This document shows, piece by piece, positions 22,930 to 33,835 of a DNA stretch of 64,000 nucleotides. A program made the translations under genes and the position numbers. The notes under the pieces are model-generated. The model had not been told where the DNA came from. It saw nothing but the letters and a program-made list of their open reading frames with translations, and made no database searches. Origin of the DNA: Eledone cirrhosa (taxonomy: Eukaryota); contig OZ024740.1 of NCBI GenBank assembly GCA_964016885.1, positions 174,840,001-174,904,000 of the forward strand. The letters run 5' to 3'. How positions within the stretch are numbered: the first letter of the stretch is position 1; every line of letters starts with the position of its first letter.

Positions 22930-24800
22930 TCTATTATGAGCTTTTCTCCTCCTTAAGTTCTCGCCTGCTAAAGGGGTATGTCCTACTGATCCGGGGTTTT
23001 ATGGTAGCTCTAGGTATTTCTACTACTTTAAGCCTAAAGTTTGTTGTGTTTAAAGCTCTTCTAAAACAATACGCTAGTTCACCTCTAAGGGTAGCATCGA
23101 CGAACATGACACTAGTATTTTTGGCTCTCATACCATGAGTTGGCCTTTTCTATCTTTTTCTTAGTCCTGTCTATGCTATTCCATAATTTGCTCCTGTATG
23201 GTGGGCAAATCACATTCATGTCATTCTCCAAAATGGTTTTGAATTTAGCCATGGCTCCTTTGTACACCCTAATCCTGTCTCTTTGGTTATAACCAGAGAA
23301 CTGCATAAAGTGCTGAATGTATCTCTTTAACTGTGTTGGATCACACATGCTGGACACAATTCTCATCACCCTTACCAGGTCTGCTATCAAGATAATGAAC
23401 TTAGCACTACCTGAGATAGCTGAGTTCCGGTGAATCAGGTGCTTGGCAGCCATGGGGTTGGTATAATGTGAATGGAGGATTTGGGCTTTATCATTCCTAG
23501 TTTCCATCCAGAGTTCTGTGTTTAACATGAGTACTCTATGGTTGGGGGTGTTTAGTGGTATGATCTACTGTTAATTTAATGCTCTGGTGGATAGAGCTAG
23601 TTGTTTGCTGGTTGCTCTCCATGGTGTTAGCTTCTAGTTCCAGCTCATGGGTACTCTGGTGGGGTAGTTTTAACGACTATATTGATATCGTCAACATAGA
23701 GAGAGTACATAGCTATGACAATGGAGTTCTCAGCTAAGTGTTCTTTGAGTCTCCTGTCCCACCACACCTTAAACAGATTAGCCACATTGCCAGCGACGCT
23801 GACACCAATGACCACGCCCTCTTCTTGGGTCTATGTATTATTATTGAACTTAAATACATGGCCTTTAGGGTAGTTTTAATACTCGCTCCCACAGCATGTG
23901 TGATTATTCTTCTCATCTGGTCGTGGTTTTCAGGGGTCTGTATGGCTCTGGTCCACTTACTCAATCTTTCCATGGGGCTCTTTTTGGCCATTGAGGTGAT
24001 GGTGGTAGGTCTACCTCTTACAAGTCTACTGGGGCAGAAACAGATATGGTTGTATTCATCACGATATTCTACATCGCATGTAAGTCTAAGGTGAACCCAG
24101 TTCCTCAGTGTCAACTCCTCAGAATTCCACATTGCTCTTGCTGATCATCTCCATGCATTTCTCCACAGCAAAATCAACATCAATGGATGGATATAAGGAT
24201 ATTACATCCATGCTGCCTATTATGTAGTTTTTCTGATTGTGGGTTTGGTTTCACTTGTTGATTCTGCTAAGGTGGTCCTCTGTGCTATTATACATATCTG
24301 AGGGACATTTTCATTATGGGGCGTATGATCATAGAGAAAAAGTAGGATATCCTGTGGTTGCTGGAGACGTTTGCTTCACAGACAGGTCTTGTTGGTGGTT
24401 CTGCCACAGGATCGTTGGTCATTTTATTATCCTTGTGTAGTCCATACAGCACTTGGATGTCATTATTTGAGGCTTGGAAATTATTGCCTGTATGCTTTCT
24501 TGGTCCTAGGATGTCAGACAACATCATCATATGAGTTTTGAAGATTTCTCTCTCTCATGTGCTTGCAGTGTTGTTTCTCTCATGTTGATGATGTGCATTG
24601 CCTAGATATAGTTTGGCAGACTGTCTATTGATATTCTGCCAGACTTCTCTGTGGGGGAACATCTATCCATTCCTTGTTCATTGTATGAGTTTATGTAGGC
24701 CCTCTTTAGATTCATTACCATGTTGTTGTGCTTCCGTCCGATTATTTCTCCTAGTGTATTGTTCTAGAATCCGTTGCAGTTTTGTCCTAGTTATGGTGAA
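22930..24800 (-). mobile_element. Penelope-like retroelement (Naiad-like RT), pseudogenised
   Basis: Motifs on - strand across frameshifts: TEKSGRISID, LYGLHKDNK, PTRPVC, GSMDVISLYPSI (RT motif A), QEEGVVIG (B), YVDD (C), HYTNPMA, QFSGYNQRDR, WY..SVMFVDAT...KVVE. Confidence 0.8.
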
Positions 24801-24954
24801 TTGTTTGGTCGTCTATTTTTAGGGGAATAAAGACCCTCTTATTAAATGGTAAGTTTGTGGGATAAATGCGATTTATACCATATGTATTGTCAGTCGGATT
24901 GAAAAACATGTTGATGATAGGGTTTCTATTCGTGTCTATATCCCTTATGTTAGT

Positions 24955-25336
24955 TGTGTTGTTTTCAGTGTCACTATGTGTTGTTGTTGTTGTCATTATT
25001 GTTGCTATTATTATTACTATAATTATTGTTGTTATTGTTGTTGACATTGTTATTGTTATTTTCCTATTGTTAATGCCGTTGTTGTTGGTGATGGTGTTGT
25101 CTGCATGTGTGATGTTGCTAGTGTGCTTTCTGTTTGTCAGTGTGTTGTTAGTACATTTCATGTTACTACCTGACCAATTCTTTCATCAGAATTTGTTCTG
25201 CTGCGCTATCGTTGTTCCTTTCTGTGTTCAGTTGCCCTTTCTGTCACCCATTTTATTGTGTTGTTGTTGCCGTGTTTTGAGTTATTGTTGTTGTAGTTAT
25301 TGGTGTTGTTACAGTCATTGCTGTTTGTGTTGATGT

Positions 25337-25340
<4 letters not shown>
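24955..25340. repeat. Low-complexity (GTT/ATT)n tract
   Basis: Degenerate tgt/tgt/tat triplet runs; source of spurious hydrophobic ORFs. Confidence 0.8.
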
Positions 25341-25367
<27 letters not shown>

Positions 25368-25811
25368 AGGTAAAACCCATGCAAGTGTGGAGAAATGGAC
25401 GTAAAAACGATGATGATTACCAAATATTTTTTCCTTGGTGTGTTCCTTGCAGTGCTTAGCATAGGTATCCATTTAAAAAGATTATGGTACAATTTCTAAG
25501 AAGAAAATCACAGAGTATTTATAAGTATAAATATGGTTCAGGAAAATGCGGTACCCACACCTAGAAGTATAACCAATTTTTTTCTTCCTTCCTGTTAACT
25601 TTTTTTTTTTTATTTCTGATGAAATGCCATCGCAGACACGTAATACATACGAATGAACATTGTATAATGCAGTCAGAGGATGTACAGAAACATATGTTAA
25701 AGATTGAACATACAATAAATTTCTCCTTCTGTCCACTTCTTCCTGCCTAGTTTTTCCTGTTTTTCCTGGTACCATATTTATACCAGGGAAATCATAAATC
25801 CTGTGATTACT

Positions 25812-25960
25812 CAATACATGGGAAGATGAAGAATTGGCATAGAGAAAGGTATAAACCCAACTGGTTTCGGCTTGTTCAGCAAACCTTTTTCAAGGAAGGC
25901 TTGCTAAACACAAGCCAAAACCACTAGGCATTGCACTCAGGTTTATATCTTCCTTTCTCT
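25812..25960 (-). repeat. Palindromic mini-element, copy 1 (inverted relative to 28051-28191), with hammerhead-like core
   Basis: Reverse complement of 28051-28191; - strand reads ccTTGAAAAagg...gccGAAACcaGTTggg. Confidence 0.7.
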
Positions 25961-25972
25961 CTGTCTATATAT

Positions 25973-27632
25973 ATAGACGAATATAGGGTCCAAGAGGCGA
26001 TTAAGGAAATGAAAAACAGTAAGGCTGCTGGACCGTCGGGGATAGTTGCTGAGATGCTGAAGGCATCAGGGGATGTAGGCACTAAACTGGTTGCACGCAT
26101 AATCAATCAGGCTATATATGGTGGTGTAATACCCAAAGACTGGTGCAGCAGTATTCTCATAAATTGCTACAAAGGTAAAGGGGATGCTCTGGAGAGGAGC
26201 AATTATAGGGGTATAAAACTGATGGATCAGGTTATAAAAGTGGCAGAAAGCATATTAGCACAACTAATCAGAGAAAGGGTCAAACTAGATGAGATGCAGT
26301 TTGGTTTTGTGCCTGGGAAAAGTACGACAGATGCCCACTTTTTGGTGAGACAATTACAAGGGAGGTTCTTAGAGAAGAATAAGCCACTATACTTAGCTTT
26401 TGTTGACCTAGAGAAGGCCTTTGATAGGGTACCCTGATCTGTCATCTGGTGGTCCCTAAGGAAACTAAGTGTTGAGGAATGGCTTGTGAGGACAGTGCAA
26501 GCTATGTGCAGGGGTGCTGTCAGGGTAGGAATGGAGTTTAGTGAGGAATTCCAGATACAAGTAGTACATCAAGGTTCGGTCCTCAGCCCACTCTTGTTCA
26601 TTATAGTCCTCCAAGCCATAACAGAGGAGTTTAAGACTGGCTGTCCATGGGAACCTCTCTATGCTGACGATCTGTTTCTTATAGCAGAATCAGTAGAGGA
26701 GCTAGAGAATAAATTCTGGCTATGGAAACAGCAGTTGGAAGCAAGAGGACTGAGGGTGAACCTAGCTAAGACAAAAGTATTGATGAGTAGAAAAGAGGAC
26801 AAAACTCTGATTCCGTCAGGGAAATGACCATGTTCGATATGTAGAAAAGGAACTGGCATAAATTCTATAAAATGCACACAATGCAGATCCTGGGTACACA
26901 AGAGATGTAGTGGGATAGCAGGCAAACTAACAGGTAGGGAGAAATACGTATGCAGTAGATGTACAGGGAAATTAGACAGTAGAAGTCGCATTGATAGACA
27001 CATTTTTCAAATGCTGGCAGGTGCTATAGAAGTGGTGGATAGCCTCCGGTACCTAGGAGATCAGATTAGCATGGGAGGGGGTTGTTCCGAGGCCATAGTA
27101 TCTAGAATAAGGACGGGTTCAAAGAAGTTTAGGGAGCTGCTGACGAAGAAGGGTTTCTCCCTACATTCTCTCACATTTCTTCCTGTGTGAAGAGCGCGAT
27201 GCTGCATGGTAGTGAGACTTGGGCAGCAACACCAAAGGATATGCGACGGCTGGAAAGAAATGAGACAAAAATACTCCGTTGGATGTGCAGTGTCAATGTG
27301 CATGAACGACCCACCATGGATGTGTTGAGAGAGAAACTGTGTCTGAGAGGGATAGAATGTAGTGTGCGAGAGAGGAGACTGCAGTGGTATGGACATGTGA
27401 TGCGCATGGAGGATGACTGATGGGTGAAGAAGTGCCAGGAAATGCCAGTTGAGGAAGACATGGTAGAGGTAGTCCACGAAAAACATGGGCGGAGGTGATG
27501 AGAACAGACCTCAGATTGCTGAAGCTCACGGTGTAGATGACGAAGGACCGTGCCAAGTGGAGAGATGCTGTGCTGAATAAGACCCATCGCACCCTTGCAA
27601 GCAGGGAAAAGCAGACATAAAATGATGATGAT
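25973..27632 (+). mobile_element. RTE-clade LINE, 5'-truncated, with stops and frameshifts
   Basis: KAAGPSG, NYRGIKL, QFGFVPGKSTTD, FVDLEKAFDRVP, HQGSVLSPLLF, YADD, PHD-like Cys/His insert, LHGSETW, WYGHV; ends in stem-loop + (GAT)n. Confidence 0.92.
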
Positions 27633-27696
27633 ATATGTTAGGTAATTCCGAAGGAAAAGCAAAGGAAAAAAGAGTGCTCTATGTATAGAACAGAGC

Positions 27697-27899
27697 TATT
27701 TAATTAGAAAGTGAACAACACAATATAACTACTCCATTACCAAAGGTTTCTGTATCCCAGACAATATTAATATACGCCTTGATCAGTCATCAGACAGCTC
27801 TGTCTGATGATCAATCCAGACATATATTAACGTTGTTTGGGATCCAGAAACCTTTCGTAATGGAGTAGTAATATTTTGTGTTGTTCACTTTCTAATTAA

Positions 27900-27902
<3 letters not shown>
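27697..27902. repeat. ~206-bp palindrome with hammerhead-ribozyme-like cores on both strands
   Basis: Arms tatttaattagaaagtgaacaacac... / ...gtgttgttcactttctaattaaata; centre tcatcagacag-ct-ctgtctgatga. Confidence 0.85.
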
Positions 27903-27930
<28 letters not shown>

Positions 27931-28008
27931 CACATGCATATATATATATATCATCATGATAATCACCATCATCATCGTTTAACGTCCATCCTCCGCGGTA
28001 GCATGGGT

Positions 28009-28050
<42 letters not shown>

Positions 28051-28058
<8 letters not shown>

Positions 28059-28189
28059 TATAAACCCAAGCACGATGTCTAGTGGTTTTGGATTGTTTAG
28101 CAAGCCTTCCTTGAAAAGGTTGGCTGAACAAGCTGAAACCGGTTGGGTTTATACCTTTCTCTATACCAATTCTTCATCTTCCCATGTAT

Positions 28190-28191
<2 letters not shown>
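28051..28191 (+). repeat. Palindromic mini-element, copy 2, with hammerhead-like core
   Basis: ccTTGAAAAggttggctgaacaagctGAAACcgGTTggg; inverted copy at 25812-25960. Confidence 0.7.
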
Positions 28192-28222
<31 letters not shown>

Positions 28223-28499
28223 GCCCGTCTAACCCATGCTTGCGTGGAAGATAGACGTTAAACGATGATGATGATGCATGTGTATATATATACACACATG
28301 ACAAAATGTTGCTTTTATTGTCCTATCTTCAGCAAGCTTTTTCGATTTTTGTTCCTCTGATTCATCCTGTACACTTCTTATTCTTTGTTGTTTGTGGGAT
28401 GGTCTGTATGTGTGTGTACATAGGTCTAAATTAATGTCTAGGGAGTTAACACTAGTGAGGTTGCTAGAGATGATATATACATACATAGCTGTAGAAAGT

Positions 28500-29085
28500 T
28501 TGCCTAACAAACTGTTTTCCCTGCTAGCAAGGGTTGGATCAAGTCAGTATTGAAGCAAGGTTACTTATCTCTCAGGCAGACCAGGGATCTGCGTCTCGCT
28601 TATGTACAGTCTCACATTCTACCAAATGCCCAGGAGAGGTTGTCATGTCTTTGATACAACTGAGGGTTCTCCCAACCCTTTGTTTGGCAAGCGCTCCACG
28701 GCTGAATGCCCTTCCTATCACCAACCACTTTACAGTATGTACTGGGTGCTTTTATTATCTAGATCAACAGCTCTAGGTAGGTTGTCATGTCCTGGACACA
28801 ACTAAAGGGTCCTCCTAACCTTTTGTTTGGCAAGCCCTCCATGGCTGGATACCTTTCTTGTCACCAACCACTTCACAACATGCACTAGGGAAGTTGCCAT
28901 GTCCTTGACATGATTGAGGAGTCCTCCCTACAGCTAGATACCCTTCCTATTACCAACCACCTTACGGCATGTACTGGGTGCATTTATTGTGTATTTCACC
29001 AAACACTAGGGAGACTGTCATGTCCTTGACATGACTGAAGGATCCTCCCAAACCCTCATTTGGCAAGCCCTCCATAGCTATAACA
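28500..29085 (-). mobile_element. RTE/SINE-type 3' region with ~4 tandem ~110-140-bp modules
   Basis: Repeated gttgtcatgtc...tttggcaagccctcc...cccttcctatcaccaaccac; tail stem ccctgctagcaaggg at ~28518. Confidence 0.6.
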
Positions 29086-29333
29086 CCCCATATACTTTCC
29101 ATGTGGCATCTGTAGGTGAGATAACATGGCATTGCAAAGCATGCCATGCCATCAAATTTAAACAGGTGGGAAACTTATCTGTACATTGTGTGGTATGACA
29201 TATAAGTCACATCCTTGTTTATTGAACTATTTAAGGCAACATCAATAAAATGTTTTTACAAATGTCTGTCTTTTTTAAGAATGTGTCATACTCACAAGTT
29301 GGCTTCCACAAAGTGTATATATATATAGAGAGA

Positions 29334-29817
29334 GAGGGTCATATTGTTGTAATAATATTGCCAGAAATAATAACAGAACACACTCATTGTTTGGTTGGTT
29401 TTCGCTTCTGTATCTTTTATATCTCCACAGTTAATTCATTCGGTCCTCAATGTTTACCATTGACTGACCAACGGTAAAAAAATACAGATATAATATAGAT
29501 ATAAACACATATATATAGTCTAGCAAAGTTCTTTCGTTGCACATCTGCAACATCATCAGTGGTATAATTATGTTCCTCCTGTTGTATTGTGTATCTATGC
29601 CATTTTTATTTTATCTCTTTTATTTGTTAGACTATATATATATGTATTTATATCTATATTATATCTGTATTTTTTACTGTTGGTCAGTCAATGGTAAACA
29701 TTGAGGACCGAATGAATTAACTGTGGAGATATAAAAGATACAGAAGCGAAAACCAACCAAACAGTGAGTGTGTTCTTTTATTATTTCTGGCAATATTATT
29801 ACAACAATATGACCCTC
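29334..29817. repeat. Long inverted repeat (~195-bp arms, ~95-bp spacer) with hammerhead-like core in the spacer
   Basis: 29334-29527 is the near-identical reverse complement of 29623-29817 (the ORF track shows the same peptide on both strands). Confidence 0.92.
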
Positions 29818-30392
29818 CCCAAGTATAACAATATTTGTTTCGACACACGATTTCATATCAAAAACCTCCCAAAACAAATATATATATATATATCAATAAT
29901 TCTACATCCTCTTTTCCATGAATATGACTTACTGAGGCAATATTTCACACCCAAATGCTCTTTCTGATGCAAGGATATTAAAAAATGTGCTTCTTTGCTG
30001 TTGTTCAGTTTAAATTCCCTCATTATCAACATTGTCCTTCCTTCCTCTGCAATGTGTTCAGTACAAAAATACCAGTAGATACACTGCAATGAGTTATAAT
30101 TATAAATATAATCTAATTTAGAATAGGTACACCATATTCCTGCATGTCATAAGAGGCAACTAAAAGAGCATACAAAAAGATTGATTACCTAAAAAAAGAA
30201 CCCATGATGAGTATATATACTTTTTTACTCTATTTGATATACTTGTTACTAATTTGTGGCACAGCCATTATACCGTCATCATCCACTTTTTATATCCCTT
30301 CTTGATGGGTTAGATGATCATGTCTCACGTGTACATTTGAATTTTGTCTTGGTTTTTACAGTTAGATGCCCTACTTTAAGCATAACTGGTCC

Positions 30393-30609
30393 TTAACCAT
30401 TTAGCATTTAAACTGGCTGTATCTGGCCAGAATTCTCTCACCCCTTTCTGTTCAAACTGGCTGTAACTGGCCACTCATACTGATGTTAAGGTATTGTTCT
30501 CAAAATAAATAATATCAAAATCTCATAGATTTGATATTATATAAAGGTAAAGCCTTTACCATGAAAATACAATAGTAAATATAAAGTAATGTAAATGCTA
30601 AAGGGTTAA
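30393..30609. mobile_element. piggyBac-type MITE
   Basis: TTAA-ccatttagcattta ... taaatgctaaaggg-TTAA; close sister copy at 48058-48272. Confidence 0.8.
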
Positions 30610-31111
30610 TCTAGAATTGAAATTTTGGCAATAAACATTTTCAACTAGTTTTGTATTTATATAACTTTCAAGTGTTTTGATTTAGTGCCAGGTCTTTCAA
30701 GACATTTAGGATGCAAATTTGTGTATGCCCTTTGTTCTAAGGAATAGTCTTCAACCTCTACAAATAGTTCAGCTGGTACTTAAAGCAATTTTCTCTTCAT
30801 AGGACTAGCAAATGGGTTTTATTAAGCTAGACATTAATCTAGGTGACTGAGAACAAGTGTCTTCCACTGGATCACCATGACTTCACATTCATTTGTTCTA
30901 TGGATTCATATTGCCAGTTGTTGTAATTTTAGTAGTATACACATGAAATAATATCTTAGTATTCATTGTAATTCCCAGGTTTCATTCATAAGCCTACTAA
31001 CTCTGAGCAATATATCAATGGGCTGCCTCAAGGAGATAGACTGTGCTGAAACATCTTGACTTTGTTCCCTTAAAAAGTCATACATCTTGGTATGGATGTA
31101 GGCATGGCTGA

Positions 31112-33335
31112 AGAATTTGATAGAGCTTGTTTCCTGTGAGCATTTGCTGCTTACTGCTCCTGTGCAACGGCCACATGTTAAACCTCCATTGTTTGCTAGC
31201 CTACCTGAGATCCCGCTACATCTCTTGTGTACCCATAGTTTGTATTTGGGACAGAAGATGGAATTTCTACATACACCTTTCTGGCACACTGAGCAAGGTT
31301 ATTTCCCCGAGGAGGTCAGGGCCCTTTTCCCTTTTGCTTACCTTAGTCTTTGTCAGATTGACTTTAAGATCCTTTGAGTCTGTGCCATGCTTCCAGATTT
31401 GGGATTTCTTCTCTAATTCTGCAATAGATTCAGCTCTAAGCATTAGATCATCTACATACAGGAGCTCCCATGGGCAGCCACTCTTAAACTTCTCTGTTAT
31501 ACCATACAAGACAATACTAAACAGGAGAGGGCTAAGAACAGAGCCTTTGTGGACACTCACATGCTTGCTAAATTCTTCATTATAGTCATTGTTAATCCTA
31601 TCTTTGCTAACTGCTCTTTTATACATAGCTTGTACAGCTTTCACAAACCACTCACCTACTCCTAGTTTTCTTAGAGTCCATCAGATTATGGCACAGGTTG
31701 ACACTGTCTAAAGCTTTCTCCAGGTCAATAAATTCCAGGTAGAAGGGCTTACTTTTAGCCAAGTACTTCTCCTACAGTTGCTTCATAAGGAAGAGGGCAT
31801 CAGTGGTACCTAGCACAAATCCAATCTGCATCACATCTAGGGTAACCCTGTCCCTAATCAACTATGCTATAACTATTTCTGTTACCTTCATGACCTGGTC
31901 TATCAACTTGATGCCTCTATAGTTTTCTTTATCTAGTGTATCTCCTTTACCCTTGTAGCAATTGACAATGATTCTGCTATGCCAATCATTCAGTGTGACA
32001 CTATTTAATATTACCTGATTTACAATACAAGTAGTAAAGGTGTTAACCACCATCTCAGATGCTTTTAGCATCTCAATGACTATCCCCGATGGACCAGCTG
32101 CTTTCCCTGTCTTCATATCCTTAAATACCTTACTTACTACACTACTACTGACTTGTACGGCTGGACCCTCTTTTGGGTCTACTTGGAGTTGACCATCTTG
32201 CCCCCATGCATTCTTCTCACTCAGTAAAACATACTCATTCAGCAAAACATACTTAAATTTTTTTATCTTCTGCTTCCCTCCTTGCAACATATACTTGTCG
32301 CCTAGATTCCCTCCTGGCTTCCAGGTAGTATGCCCTGCTTCCCCTATTCTTCCATTTTTCCATGCCTATCTCTTTGTCTTAATTGTCTCATATACTTTGC
32401 TGTTCCAGCCACAGATCTCATCTGTTGCCTTCAGTAGATTATCTTTCAGAAACTCCCAATGCTCTTCTATATCTTCTTTACTGTCGTAAGCATCAAGCAA
32501 AATACCTCTAAATTTGTTAATGGCTAAGGGATCTTTTAACTTTCATATTCTTCTCCTCCAGGCTGCCTTTCATCTCCAAGTTTGTCTAGCTCTGATGATG
32601 AAGTCGCTAATTACTTGGTTATGTTGGGAGGTGCACTCCTCTCCAAGGAAGGATTTTGTGTTAACAACCATCACTCTATCTCATCCTCTGGTAAAGATAA
32701 AGTCTATCTGACTAGATGCGTAGGTGATCAGGTGATTGTTGGGCTTTTGAAGTTTGTGTTGCATATAGATAGATCATTGGTGTCGTAGAATTCTAGAAGC
32801 CTGAAATCTTCTTTGTTTCTTGCGCCAAACCCGTTGCCTCAATGGATTCTGTAGAAACCCTCACAGTGTTGTCCAACATGTCCATTAAAGTCCCCTGTAA
32901 TGATTAGGAAGTCACTGTCATCCGTTATGGTAGTAGTGTGCATTAGGGATTCATAAAATCTATCTTTCTTTTAGTTCAACTGACAACCCAGATTGAGGTG
33001 TGTGTGCAGATATAATTGTAACCATTGTTCTATTTAGGACTAGTCTAATGTTAATGATTCTCTCATTTACTCGAATTAGTGAGATTACCTTATCTACCCA
33101 TTTTTCAGCTAATAAAATTCCTACTCCTCCCCAGCTCATTGTCATTACCCACCCAGAAAAATTTGTAGCACTGTTTTTTACAAACAAGAAGTCTAGCTGA
33201 CTCTCCTCCCTATCTAGTCTCTTGCACACAGCATACATCAATTTTCTTTCACTCTAGCATCTTTACAATCTCTCTTGTTCTTCCTTTCATTGTGTTCACA
33301 TTGATGGTGGCAGTCCTGAAGTGTGGAAGTTTGTC
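31112..33335 (-). mobile_element. RTE-clade LINE relic including APE endonuclease and RT, 3'-truncated
   Basis: FRTATINVNTMKG, GGVGILL, IISAHTPQ, GDFNGHVG, KAAGPSG, NYRGIKL, YVDD, decayed PHD insert. Confidence 0.9.
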
Positions 33336-33641
33336 ATAAGAGGCAGAGAAAGATGAGGGTTGATCTTTTGGAGGTGGGTGCTTGCTTTCTGTATCTGAAA
33401 TAAAGAAGACCTGGGAACGTGTGGATTTATATTCATATTTTGGGTTGCTCCATCATCATACTCCATCCGTAATAAACAAAACCCTCCCATGAATAGGAAT
33501 GATAGTAGCAGTAGTAGTTAGTGATATAAACAATTTATATATATATATAATATATGTATTATATATATGTTGATCCCGAGTTGAGTTGGGGGTAACCACA
33601 GTAAATAAGGTACTCGATACATGTGTAGAGTGACAATGGAA

Positions 33642-33772
33642 GTTTATATAGAAAAAGGCTTCTACAGGACTAGAACTGTTTCATTCATATGAAATCATCT
33701 GGAATGGGCATTCCAGATCATTTCATTCAAATGAAACAGTTCTAGTCATGTAGAAGCCTTTTCTATATAAAC
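33642..33772. repeat. ~130-bp palindrome (hammerhead-related family)
   Basis: gtttatatagaaaaaggcttctacaggactagaactgtttc... / ...gaaacagttctagtcatgtagaagccttttctatataaac; related half copy at 61371-61425. Confidence 0.85.
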
Positions 33773-33835
33773 CTCTCTATGTATTATATATATATATATA
33801 CATACACACACACACATTATATATATATATATATA

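Noticed and set aside
24866-25333. 155-aa highly hydrophobic ORF resembling a membrane protein
   Set aside because: Translation of a (GTT/ATT)n low-complexity tract, antisense to the region upstream of the Penelope-like RT
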